The notes: generated from the letters alone by a model not told the origin. A stretch of 32,000 nt of DNA from Pseudoalteromonas tetraodonis (GCF_002310835.1 NZ_CP011041.1:2520001-2552000); one strand, 5' to 3'. Positions 1-8,737 are shown, counted from the first letter of the stretch. Translations and numbers: made by a program.

Positions 1-1495
1 AGTTAGTTAGGTTTTCTGCATCATCACTTTTTAGTGCAGAAACTCCCGTATAAACAGAGAAGTAATCAGTTATGCCTTTTTCGTAGCGCCCTGATAAAAG
101 CCAACCTTCTTCACCTGCTATGGTATTGCCAGAATTTAATAACTGCTCTCCTTGCTGAGTAAGTGATAGTTCATAAAAACCATCTCCCCTTTCTAAGCTA
201 TTACCATCAATGAGGTATTCTTCAACTTTACGCTCCACCTCTCCTTGTGGGCCATAAAATATGAGCTCAAAAGTGTTAGCACCAAATAATAAGTCAACAT
301 TTTCAAATAGATAGCGCCCATCAGGTAAGCTAAGCTGCTGATCGATCAAAATATTATTTCGATATAACTCTACATCCCAACCAGCTTGCACTGCTCCCGT
401 TAAAGTTATTTGATTGCTGTTTATTTCTTTGTAAAGCGGTTTATTATTTACTTTAACGCCGCGCGCATAATTGCTTTTAAAGCGAGTGCCAATTTGTGTT
501 GCAAGTACATCACCAAACTCAATACTTGTCGCGTTGAGTGGGCCAAGTAAATTACCTTCAGCGTTTTCCCGGTTAAATGAAAGCCGTGAATCTTTTAATA
601 AATCGCCATTGCTACCGGCTAAATAGTATTCGCTGTTAAAGTAGGCCAAATCTTGCGAACCTAATATGGCATAGTTTAATGTGTTGTCATTATTTGTTGC
701 TGTGTAGCTTAGTTGTACATCAGCCACAGGTGACGACATTGCTTGATAAGGACTTGGTTTCCACGGTAGTGTGGGCGTTTTATCGGGTGAACTTGTGTAT
801 AAGGTACGCTGTTGCCGCTGTAGTTTTTTTTCTATGGGGAGGGTTACAGTTGGTGATAAACCTAATTTTAAGGAGCTATAATTAGCAATCATTCCTAATC
901 CAAACCAGCGGTTTAACACTTCTATATCTATAAATATATCACCGGCATCTATATAGTAATCGGATTCATTAAGGCGCTGTTTTTCTGTGCTTAACTGCAC
1001 AGTTTTATTATTAATATTTAAATTAAAAATGTTATTCGGCGAAATATACCACCCTTGTGCCATTAACGAATCGCGATCAACATTAACAGCAAAATTAAGT
1101 AACTCAAATAAACTACTTAGTTCAATCCATGCACCATTTTCATTTTTAATCGCAATTATCTCGCCTAAGTAATATTTATCCAAGTAAGTTGAAAAAAACA
1201 GTAGCTCACCAACAGGAATGCCTATGAGGTTTTGGTCTGTTGTTGCTGATGATGTATTACTTAACGAACCACTGGTATCGTTAAAAGCATCAATTACAAC
1301 AATTTTGTCCGATGAAATATCTTTTGTTGTATCAGAATTACCTTGCTTTTCCCTTAAGCTTTGCCATTTTTTTTCAATATTAAAAAGCGTGTTGTAAACA
1401 GCCTCATTATTTTGCTGCGCAGCAAACACACTAAAGCCCAATATCCATAAAGGTATTAGGCTTGCGTAAAAAACGGAGCGAGTAAGTAAGGTCAG
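1..1495 (-). CDS. Fimbrial outer-membrane usher, N-terminal portion; the gene runs off the left edge of the window
   Basis: My own translation of the minus strand gives one uninterrupted frame from about 1519 to position 1. It is absent from the ORF track because it has no ATG/GTG/TTG start and no stop inside the window. The N-terminus ..KLTLLTRSVFYASLIPLWILGFSVFAAQQ looks like a signal peptide. Downstream segments such as DGRYLFENVDLLFGANTFELIFYGPQGEVERKVEEY are typical of ushers. It lies immediately downstream of a PapD-like chaperone. The start is uncertain; CTG at 1495..1493 is proposed. Confidence 0.7.
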   Translation of the reverse strand, partial: MTLLTRSVFYASLIPLWILGFSVFAAQQNNEAVYNTLFNIEKKWQSLREKQGNSDTTKDISSDKIVVIDAFNDTSGSLSNTSSATTDQNLIGIPVGELLFFSTYLDKYYLGEIIAIKNENGAWIELSSLFELLNFAVNVDRDSLMAQGWYISPNNIFNLNINNKTVQLSTEKQRLNESDYYIDAGDIFIDIEVLNRWFGLGMIANYSSLKLGLSPTVTLPIEKKLQRQQRTLYTSSPDKTPTLPWKPSPYQAMSSPVADVQLSYTATNNDNTLNYAILGSQDLAYFNSEYYLAGSNGDLLKDSRLSFNRENAEGNLLGPLNATSIEFGDVLATQIGTRFKSNYARGVKVNNKPLYKEINSNQITLTGAVQAGWDVELYRNNILIDQQLSLPDGRYLFENVDLLFGANTFELIFYGPQGEVERKVEEYLIDGNSLERGDGFYELSLTQQGEQLLNSGNTIAGEEGWLLSGRYEKGITDYFSVYTGVSALKSDDAENLTN

Positions 1496-2322
1496 TTTAG
1501 TAATCCTACTGAGTTTGTATTAATAGACACTGTTTTTTCTGCAAATATTGTATTGCGATATTCTTTTAGCCCTGTATAAACTATTCGTAATTTACCTGGC
1601 CCTGTAATTGCGTTGTTTTCAAAAAAATTGAGCGTGAGTTCTGGCTGCAACACCTCAGGATAAATACTTAAGCTACCAACCATCGCCACTTTTACTTCTT
1701 TATCGCTGTTGTTTGCTTTGTAAAAAGCTTCAATATTACCGAAGGTACTGTACTCACCTTTTCTTTGCATTGAAACATGTAATGATTTTTTTCCTTGGTC
1801 ATTACTTAGTGCAATGCTTTTTATGTCAACCTCCGGTAATTTTGACCCTTGGCGCAAAAGTACAGGAATCGAATAACTCAAAATAAGATCAATTTTAATG
1901 CCTATTGCCTGTGTGGCTTTTTTGTTTTCATTTGGTAGGGCTTGAAACAATAAGTGAGAGCGATACTCCTGCTCTGCTAAGTTTTGTGGCCTTCTTAGCA
2001 CTAATTTTACTATTTGCCTTTCTCCTGGTGCTAAGCGCACTTGCGATGGGCTCATACGCACCATATTGCTCAGTGCAGTTGGGTGAGCTATACCCTCTTC
2101 TAACCTTGTATATCCACCTGCAGGTTTAGCTATTTTTTCTTCCCAGGCAAGACGATAAGTTTTATATTCTTTACTATTGTTAATAACAACGACCTGAGCA
2201 ACTCGTTGACGTTCATCGAATGCAATTCGTGTAGGTGATATAAGTAAGTTAGCGTGTGTATAAAAGCTATAAAATAATGAAGTAAAACACACACTGAAAA
2301 TAAAAGATTTCCATAAATTCAT
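1492..2322 (-). CDS. Periplasmic pilus chaperone (PapD-like / CsuC-like)
   Basis: ORF 1492..2379, trimmed to the internal ATG at 2322 (MNLWKSFIFSVCFTSLFYSFYTHA signal peptide). This removes the overlap with the upstream gene. The N-terminal motif LLISPTRIAFDERQRVAQVVVINNS..YRL is characteristic of PapD-fold chaperones. The position between pilin genes and the usher also fits. Confidence 0.8.
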   Translation of the reverse strand: MNLWKSFIFSVCFTSLFYSFYTHANLLISPTRIAFDERQRVAQVVVINNSKEYKTYRLAWEEKIAKPAGGYTRLEEGIAHPTALSNMVRMSPSQVRLAPGERQIVKLVLRRPQNLAEQEYRSHLLFQALPNENKKATQAIGIKIDLILSYSIPVLLRQGSKLPEVDIKSIALSNDQGKKSLHVSMQRKGEYSTFGNIEAFYKANNSDKEVKVAMVGSLSIYPEVLQPELTLNFFENNAITGPGKLRIVYTGLKEYRNTIFAEKTVSINTNSVGLLN

Positions 2323-2335
2323 TGTTGTAATTCTC

Positions 2336-2785
2336 TTAGTAAGCAATAGTAATTTCAATTGTTGTACTGTATCTATCATCTAAATAAGGTTGGCCATTTC
2401 CACTCGTGTTTAACTGACCACCTATTTTTACAGTCGCCATACCATAGGCGTTTGTAGTAACAACAGTATTGGAATAGCTAATATTTGATAGCGTAAATGC
2501 ATTGCCGCCATTTACACGAGACAACGCAGTAAACACACCCGCATCGCTAAAGCTTATTTGAACGCCAGCACCTAAACCTTCAAGTAATAACTCTGCAGGA
2601 TGACCACTTTGCATTAAATAAATACTGTTGCTGGTACTTCCACCGTTAGGGAGGAGTGTTATTGACCTGATGCTTGTATTGTCAGGAATGACTATAGTCC
2701 CAAAATTAAGAGGCTCAAGAACGGTTACTTGAGCTAAACTATTAGCGCAATAAAAAATACATGCAAATAATATATGTTTATTCAT
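2336..2785 (-). CDS. Secreted pilus subunit, DUF4402 / spore-coat-U-like (minor subunit)
   Basis: 149 aa with signal peptide MNKHILFACIFYCANSLAQV. It shares the LNFGTI motif with the upstream subunit and ends in ..EITIAY, as expected for donor-strand-exchange subunits. It is in an operon with the chaperone and usher. Confidence 0.65.
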   Translation of the reverse strand: MNKHILFACIFYCANSLAQVTVLEPLNFGTIVIPDNTSIRSITLLPNGGSTSNSIYLMQSGHPAELLLEGLGAGVQISFSDAGVFTALSRVNGGNAFTLSNISYSNTVVTTNAYGMATVKIGGQLNTSGNGQPYLDDRYSTTIEITIAY

Positions 2786-2824
2786 AAAAATACCTGCCTA
2801 TTTAATAAGGCAGGTAGACACCTA

Positions 2825-3418
2825 TTAATAATCGAGTGTTAATGCAAATGTACCTCTGTACTCACCATCAATATAAGCACTTGTAGTTACAGCGGCATCT
2901 GTGGTTAGCGTAGCACCCATGTTAAAAGTAGCTGCTCCGGTTGCGTCAACTTGAAGAGTAGTCGTGAATAAAGCACCAGTACCCGCACCACCGGTTAATA
3001 ACCAAAAGGTAGGTGTACCTATCGTAAATTTAGGAGTACCTGGAGGCGCAGTAACCGCATTAACATTGCCAGTTATTCCTGAAGAGTCAAGAGTTAGAGT
3101 TCCAAAAGGAGCAACACCTGAGACAGAAAATAATGCTCGTTCTCCACGAACTAATTCAGCAATTGACGCGTTAGTTCCATCTGTAGCCACTGGATCTGCA
3201 CCAGGATTTGCAGGCATAACGATTGTAGCAGTTGTGGTACCAGCAGGATCTGCAGTCGCGCGAATAGTACCAAAGTTTAAACCAGCATCATTGGTAAAGG
3301 TAAATGCATTTTGCACAGTTACGCTTGCTTGGACATCTGCACTTTCTAAAGCAGTTGCATTAAAAGCGAATAACGATACTGATGCAGCCAACGCTGCTTT
3401 AGTAAATATTTTGTTCAT
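2825..3418 (-). CDS. Secreted pilus subunit, DUF4402 / spore-coat-U-like (probable major subunit)
   Basis: 197 aa with signal peptide MNKIFTKAALAASVSLFAFNATA. The composition is Thr/Ala/Gly-rich. It has the LNFGTI motif and a C-terminal ..FALTLDY. It is the first gene of the operon and is preceded by an AAGGGA Shine-Dalgarno sequence. Confidence 0.65.
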   Translation of the reverse strand: MNKIFTKAALAASVSLFAFNATALESADVQASVTVQNAFTFTNDAGLNFGTIRATADPAGTTTATIVMPANPGADPVATDGTNASIAELVRGERALFSVSGVAPFGTLTLDSSGITGNVNAVTAPPGTPKFTIGTPTFWLLTGGAGTGALFTTTLQVDATGAATFNMGATLTTDAAVTTSAYIDGEYRGTFALTLDY

Positions 3419-3555
3419 AGTTTTCCCTTAGATATAAGTTGTTAACCTTTTGTTCAGGTTAATTTAAGTATCGGCCAAAATCACTAAAAAGTTAGAAAAA
3501 TATTTACTTTATTTTGATTTATAATAACAGGATGCAAAAATAAGCGAAAAAAACC

Positions 3556-4161
3556 TTAAACATCCTCTGAAAATGCCGCTAAGGTACATTTATTACCCAT
3601 CTTATAAAAAAACAAACACAACTGCGCCGCCTGTTGTTGATTTTTTAGCGGGCCTGCTACAACACTATAAAAGGTACTTGATTCTTTTTGTTGCTCATTA
3701 ATGCGGTATTGCAAAATACTGTTTAATTGAGGGTATTGCTCTTTTAGCCGCTCCACTTGCCTTTTGGCCCCATTAGAAATTAAATAGCGACCAATTTGCA
3801 CACCGTAAATCCCTTCGTTTGTACTGGTAGTATTATCAGCTAAAGCGGTTTCTGATGAGGGTTGTAAAGGTTGCTTAGAGCCATATTCAACACGTTTTAC
3901 CTTCTCTTTCATCGGCTCTGGTACGGTATCAATATCTGTTTGAGCAGAAAGAGCTTGAATCAATAACGATAAGTCTTCTTCCATGGTGCTTAAGCGCGCT
4001 ATTTGCTCTTTGTTGTTATCCCATTGCTCTAGGTAAGGTTTTATATCTTTTTCACGCACAAGCTTGTCGCTTTGTGAATCTGAGGGCATTAGCTGGTTGC
4101 TGCAACCAGCTAATGCAAATGGTATTAATAATGTTATTAAATGAAGTTTCACTTTAGGCAC
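3556..4161 (-). CDS. SPOR-domain lipoprotein
   Basis: 201 aa with a GTG start. The lipobox signal is MPKVKLHLITLLIPFALAGC. The C-terminal segment YGVQIGRY..GAKRQVERLKEQYPQL..YSVVAGPL..QQAAQLC looks like a SPOR peptidoglycan-binding domain. Confidence 0.7.
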   Translation of the reverse strand: MPKVKLHLITLLIPFALAGCSNQLMPSDSQSDKLVREKDIKPYLEQWDNNKEQIARLSTMEEDLSLLIQALSAQTDIDTVPEPMKEKVKRVEYGSKQPLQPSSETALADNTTSTNEGIYGVQIGRYLISNGAKRQVERLKEQYPQLNSILQYRINEQQKESSTFYSVVAGPLKNQQQAAQLCLFFYKMGNKCTLAAFSEDV

Positions 4162-4222
4162 CCATTACAAAAGACTAGCTATCTAAAGCTATTATGCAAT
4201 AAAAGCGCCAAGTAATACTGTT

Positions 4223-5125
4223 TTATAACCTGATTGGTCCGTCAGTGTAGTTACTCACAAAACAGTCAACTTTATAAAATTTAAATACTTCGCAATCATC
4301 CTCTGCACTTTTAAAGTTAAAATACTCACCTAATTTTAGTCGATAATAGGTTTTGTTATTAACCTTTGCTTTTTCAATATTTGTCGTGATTTTGTCCTTA
4401 AACAAAGGCGCTGCTTTTTTGTTAATTTGCTTCCATTCTTTAGCAACACTCTCTTGTGAATCGAGTGACGCAACCTGCAATGCAAATACTTTTTTGTTGG
4501 TATCAACCATTGCCACTTTTGTTAGCTTCGATGTTTGAGGGAATACTTTTTTCTTCACGATTGAGTTCGTTGCTTTCACAGGCAAACTAACAGCGCGCTT
4601 ACTGTAGCTTTTTGAAGGGGCTGTAATCATTTTTGTAGGCACGCTAGCATAGCGACTACTGTGTCGCTGATTGTATGGAGCGTCCCCTTTAGAGGATTTT
4701 GCGTAGCGATTACTATACCTTTGCCTTGGTCGTTCAACTTTATCTGAGGTGCTTGCGTAATTATTACCATACCTAAGATTTGGCGGCGCCTTTGTGTTTA
4801 TTACTGAGCGAGCATAACGATTGCTAACAGCCTGATTAGATTGCGCTATTGCTTTACTGTTAATAATATCCAGGTTATCAACTAAATATGTGAGCTCACG
4901 TTCTAACTTTAATAGCCGCTCTATGCCAGAGCGTGCTTGCTGCCATTGCAAGGCGGCATCTTTTAGTTGAGCAAGCTCAAGTGCAGTGATAGTTACATAT
5001 TCAGGTGAATCTTTAACTTGTTCATTTAATGATGTTTTATCAGGCGATATCGTACAACCAGTACTTAATAACAACAGTAATACGACTAACAGATATCGGT
5101 GATACTTTTTGCTGTATTCACACAT
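4223..5125 (-). CDS. SPOR-domain lipoprotein with a repeat-containing linker (paralogue of 3556..4161)
   Basis: ORF 4223..5185 begins at a TTG. I trimmed it to the ATG at 5125, which gives a classic lipoprotein signal MCEYSKKYHRYLLVVLLLLLSTGC. The C-terminus FALQVASL..AKEWKQI..YYRLKLGEY..AEDDCEVFK is SPOR-like. The central linker carries degenerate (S/N)RYA(R/K)S repeats. Confidence 0.65.
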   Translation of the reverse strand: MCEYSKKYHRYLLVVLLLLLSTGCTISPDKTSLNEQVKDSPEYVTITALELAQLKDAALQWQQARSGIERLLKLERELTYLVDNLDIINSKAIAQSNQAVSNRYARSVINTKAPPNLRYGNNYASTSDKVERPRQRYSNRYAKSSKGDAPYNQRHSSRYASVPTKMITAPSKSYSKRAVSLPVKATNSIVKKKVFPQTSKLTKVAMVDTNKKVFALQVASLDSQESVAKEWKQINKKAAPLFKDKITTNIEKAKVNNKTYYRLKLGEYFNFKSAEDDCEVFKFYKVDCFVSNYTDGPIRL

Positions 5126-5306
5126 TGATTGTTTCTCTTTCAATAGTTTAGACCGCTCAATTAAGTCAATTTTCAATTGAATCAATAAAGCACGTTAACA
5201 ACAAAACAACTTGGGTTAACATAAAGATTACAACACAATGTTAAATATGTCTGTATAACTGCAAAAATAGTGATAATTTAAAATACTAAAAAAGCTATTT
5301 TACAAT

Positions 5307-5330
5307 CAAAAAAAGCGCCATATAGGCGCT
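5307..5330 (-). terminator. Rho-independent terminator downstream of galU
   Basis: Stem AGCGCC (5314-5319) / GGCGCT (5325-5330) with a 5-nt loop. On the minus-strand transcript it is followed by a U7 run (plus-strand A-run 5307-5313). It lies 21 nt after the galU stop. Confidence 0.75.
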
Positions 5331-5350
5331 TCTAATAATGATAAGTTTAT

Positions 5351-6229
5351 TTAAATTAACGTTTTAATAAACGTTTTAAGCTCACCGGCGAATTCATCAC
5401 GACGAAGAGCAAATTCAATGGTTGCTTTTAAATAACCAATTTTACTGCCACAATCATGGCTTCGGCCTTTCATTGCGTAGGCATCTACTTTTTCATCTTG
5501 CATAAGCATGGCTATTGCATCTGTTAGCTGAATTTCATCACCAGCACCTTGAGGGGTTTTAGCCAGTAATGGCCAAATATTTTTACTCAACACGTAACGA
5601 CCAACCACAGCAAGGTTTGAAGGTGCCTCGTCAACGGGTGGTTTTTCTACCATGCTTTGAATGGGTGAGCTTTCACCTTGGTTTAACTCAACATCACCTA
5701 AATCCACAACACCAAATTTATCTACGTCATCTTTAGGGACTGGCTCAACCATAATTTGACTGTGTTTAGTTTGCTCAAAGCGAGTAATCATTTCAGCTAA
5801 GTTGTCTTTTGTTAGGTCACTTTCTACATCATCAATAATAACGTCGGGTAAAATAACCACAAAAGGTTCATTGCCAATAATAGGAGCGGCACAGTTAATA
5901 GCATGACCTAGGCCTTTTGCTTCACCTTGACGTACATGAATAATGGTCACATCTTTAGGGCAAATAGACTGTATTTCGGCAAGTAATTGCCGCTTTACAC
6001 GTTTCTCTAACGTTGCCTCTAGTTCAAAGCTGGTATCAAAATGGTTTTCAATCGAGTTTTTACTCGAATGCGTTACTAGCACTATCTCTTTGATACCAGC
6101 GGCAACCGCTTCGCTAACAACGTATTGAATGAGTGGACGGTCTACAACGGGCAGCATTTCTTTTGGAATTGCTTTAGTTGCCGGTAACATACGTGTTCCA
6201 AGGCCGGCTACGGGGATCACTGCTTTCAT
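5351..6229 (-). CDS. galU: UTP-glucose-1-phosphate uridylyltransferase
   Basis: [36 protein letters not shown] is the canonical GalU N-terminus. The start is set to the ATG at 6229, which is preceded by AGGAG. The track's 6283 start would overlap thyA. Confidence 0.95.
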   Translation of the reverse strand: MKAVIPVAGLGTRMLPATKAIPKEMLPVVDRPLIQYVVSEAVAAGIKEIVLVTHSSKNSIENHFDTSFELEATLEKRVKRQLLAEIQSICPKDVTIIHVRQGEAKGLGHAINCAAPIIGNEPFVVILPDVIIDDVESDLTKDNLAEMITRFEQTKHSQIMVEPVPKDDVDKFGVVDLGDVELNQGESSPIQSMVEKPPVDEAPSNLAVVGRYVLSKNIWPLLAKTPQGAGDEIQLTDAIAMLMQDEKVDAYAMKGRSHDCGSKIGYLKATIEFALRRDEFAGELKTFIKTLI

Positions 6230-6246
6230 TATGCTCTCCTTATTTT

Positions 6247-7098
6247 TTAAACTGAAAATGGGTATTGAATAGCCTCGTGGCATTGATAACCAACCACCTC
6301 AAAATCATCACGTGTTACCCATGTTTCTATATCTTCGAGCGACTTAATCTCTGGGTTAATTTTTAATTGAGGAGAAGCAAATGGCTCGCGCTTTAATTGC
6401 ACATCTCGCATTAAATCTAGCTGATTTTCGTAAATGTGGGCATTGGTGATTTTATGATATGCCTTACCTGCTTTGTGGCCAGTAATTTGTGCAACCAGTG
6501 CCAATAAAACAAAACATTGAATTTGATTAAAGTTTAGCCCTAACGGTACATCACAACTTCGTTGGTACGAGGTTAAATACAGGGTATCGCCTAGTAATGA
6601 AAAGGTATGCGTATGCATGCATGGGCGCAAGCAGCCAAGCTCAAACTCACCTGGGTTGTAAAAGGTAATAATTTCGCCGCGATCATCAATGCCATTTTTT
6701 AAATTATTGATGACCTTTGCAAGTTGATCCAGTGTTGAACCATCAGGGCGTTGCCAGCCTCGTCCTTGCACGCCATAAACGCGCCCCATATCATCCTCAC
6801 CTTTACGATTAGGATTATTGAGCCAGGCACTATTTTCATTGGCGTTAGCATCCCAGGTTTTACAACCTATATTGCGAAACTGCTCAGCACTGTCATAGCC
6901 TCTTAAATAACCTAATAATTCAGCAATAGCCGCTTTGTAATAGCTTTTTCTCGTGGTGATCATTGGGAACTGATTATTAGCCACATCGTATTCTAAATCA
7001 GCGTTTATAACCGTTAAACAACGTGTACCGGTACGCTTGTTTTCAACCCATTTTCCTTGGTCAACAATGCGCTGACATAATTCTAAATATTGTTTCAT
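6247..7098 (-). CDS. thyA: Thymidylate synthase (283-aa ThyA type, as in Vibrio and relatives)
   Basis: [15 protein letters not shown].., catalytic Cys region [10 protein letters not shown], and the conserved lgt-thyA adjacency. Confidence 0.95.
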   Translation of the reverse strand: MKQYLELCQRIVDQGKWVENKRTGTRCLTVINADLEYDVANNQFPMITTRKSYYKAAIAELLGYLRGYDSAEQFRNIGCKTWDANANENSAWLNNPNRKGEDDMGRVYGVQGRGWQRPDGSTLDQLAKVINNLKNGIDDRGEIITFYNPGEFELGCLRPCMHTHTFSLLGDTLYLTSYQRSCDVPLGLNFNQIQCFVLLALVAQITGHKAGKAYHKITNAHIYENQLDLMRDVQLKREPFASPQLKINPEIKSLEDIETWVTRDDFEVVGYQCHEAIQYPFSV

Positions 7099-7111
7099 CT
7101 AACTTCTTCTT

Positions 7112-7915
7112 TTAAGCTTTTGCCGCTGTTTTTGATTGTGGTTGTTTATAGGCCCAAATAAGTAAGCCTAACCCGCCAATTATCATTGGTAACGATAGAA
7201 TTTGCCCCATAGAGATAAAGTCGGCAAATAACCCCAATTGCGCATCTGGTTGGCGAAAATATTCAATACAAAATCTAAATACGCCGTAACCCAGTAAAAA
7301 CAAACCCGACACACTTCCCGCAGGACGTGGACGCTTAATAAACCACAATAATATGACAAACAATACAAGCCCTTCAAAAAAAGCTTCGTAAAGTTGTGAA
7401 GGGTGGCGTGCAAGCGGGCCTCCAGTTGGAAACACCATTGCCCACGGAACATCAGTGGTACGCCCCCATAATTCGCCATTAATAAAGTTACCTATACGCC
7501 CAGCCAGTAAACCAACAGGCACTAAAGGTGCTACAAAATCACCGACTTGTAATAACGATTTTTTACGCTTGTAAGCAAAAATAGCAATTGCAGTGATCAC
7601 CCCCAGTGTCCCACCATGAAACGACATGCCACCTTGATCTATTCTAAACAAATATAAGGGGTTTTCGATAAAATAGCTAAATTGATAAAACAGAACATAA
7701 CCAATACGCCCACCTAATATAACGCCCAGCATGCCGTAAAAGAGTAAATCGCTGACTTCGTCTTTAGTCCAACCTGAACCGGACTTACTAGCTTGGCGAT
7801 TCGCAAACCACATCGCAAACGCAAAACCAATTAAGTACATTAATCCATACCAACGAACGCTAAGTGGCCCAATAGAAAAAATTATTGGATCAATTTGAGG
7901 AAACTCCAGTGCCAT
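7112..7915 (-). CDS. lgt: Phosphatidylglycerol-prolipoprotein diacylglyceryl transferase
   Basis: The [15 protein letters not shown] signature, a polytopic membrane profile, and the conserved position upstream of thyA. Confidence 0.95.
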   Translation of the reverse strand: MALEFPQIDPIIFSIGPLSVRWYGLMYLIGFAFAMWFANRQASKSGSGWTKDEVSDLLFYGMLGVILGGRIGYVLFYQFSYFIENPLYLFRIDQGGMSFHGGTLGVITAIAIFAYKRKKSLLQVGDFVAPLVPVGLLAGRIGNFINGELWGRTTDVPWAMVFPTGGPLARHPSQLYEAFFEGLVLFVILLWFIKRPRPAGSVSGLFLLGYGVFRFCIEYFRQPDAQLGLFADFISMGQILSLPMIIGGLGLLIWAYKQPQSKTAAKA

Positions 7916-7927
7916 AAAAATAAACCT

Positions 7928-8737
7928 TTAGCTAAAAACCATTTTAATAGCGATGATAACAAGTAACATCGCGAAAACTTTCTTAATTGTATTCACAGGT
8001 AAGTAATGCGTTGCTTTGGCGCCTATTGGCGCTATAAACCATGAGGTAACAACAATCCCTAACAATGCAGGTAAATAAACAAATCCCATAAAACCATGCG
8101 CTAAGTCAGTTACTTGCCAACCGGCGCTGACATAACCAATAGAGCCAAAAAAGGCAATTACAATACCACATGCAGCAGCGCAACCAATTGCCTTTTTAAT
8201 ATCAACCGAAAAATAGTGCAACATAGGCACAAGTAATGCGCCACCGCCAATCCCAATCAACCCAGATAGTGCCCCCATTATCGCACTAATACTTCCTAGC
8301 ACGGGGCCTGCAGGCATCGGGTGACCTACGCTCACTTTATTACGGGCAGAAAGCACCATTCTCATAGCAATAAAAACCACACTCACTGCGAACACGGTTC
8401 GTAACATTTTCTCAGGTATAAAGCTGGCAGCAAAGCCGCTAATCAAGGCGCCAATGGCCACACCCGACATTACCCAAGGGGCAATTTTCCAAGGCACATT
8501 ATCATTTTTATGATGAGCTAACGCTGAAGAAGTCGAGGTAAATAAAATAGAGGCTAAAGATGTCGCAATAGCGATAACTAATACATGATCGGCAGCGGCC
8601 ACATTAAAACCCAGTAACAAGCTCGTTAGCACCGGCACAATGATTAAACCACCGCCTATGCCTAGAAGTCCTGCTAAAAAACCAACAATGCAACCTAATA
8701 ACGCACAACTTGCAACTAGAAGTCCTAGTTCATACAT
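7928..8737 (-). CDS. TauE/SafE (DUF81) family anion-exporter-like membrane protein
   Basis: 269 aa and highly hydrophobic. It has the duplicated motif LLGIGGGLIIVPVL / LIGIGGGALLVPML that is typical of TauE/SafE permeases. Confidence 0.8.
   Translation of the reverse strand: MYELGLLVASCALLGCIVGFLAGLLGIGGGLIIVPVLTSLLLGFNVAAADHVLVIAIATSLASILFTSTSSALAHHKNDNVPWKIAPWVMSGVAIGALISGFAASFIPEKMLRTVFAVSVVFIAMRMVLSARNKVSVGHPMPAGPVLGSISAIMGALSGLIGIGGGALLVPMLHYFSVDIKKAIGCAAACGIVIAFFGSIGYVSAGWQVTDLAHGFMGFVYLPALLGIVVTSWFIAPIGAKATHYLPVNTIKKVFAMLLVIIAIKMVFS

Noticed and set aside
679-1172. Two short plus-strand ORFs (679..885 and 987..1172), the only track entries in the first 1.5 kb
   Set aside because: Both lie antisense to the long uninterrupted usher frame on the minus strand. 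Their products are low-complexity with no motifs. The track misses the real gene because it is partial and lacks a canonical start.
2964-3431. 155-aa plus-strand ORF antisense to the major pilus subunit gene
   Set aside because: It is a mirror ORF created by the Ala/Thr/Gly-rich, stop-poor composition of the opposite strand. It has no signal sequence, Shine-Dalgarno sequence or recognisable motif, and it is fully nested in a better-supported gene.
3500-3555. Possible terminator after the 201-aa SPOR gene (AGGATG ... CATCCT)
   Set aside because: A 6-bp stem with a loop of about 27 nt is unlikely to fold as an intrinsic terminator.
7183-7479. 98-aa alternative-frame ORF inside lgt; similarly 14406..14720 (104 aa) inside eno, 18944..19141 inside relA and 26479..26688 inside era
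   Set aside because: These are same-strand out-of-frame ORFs nested in highly conserved genes. Their translations are Cys/Leu/Trp-rich nonsense, typical of chance frames.
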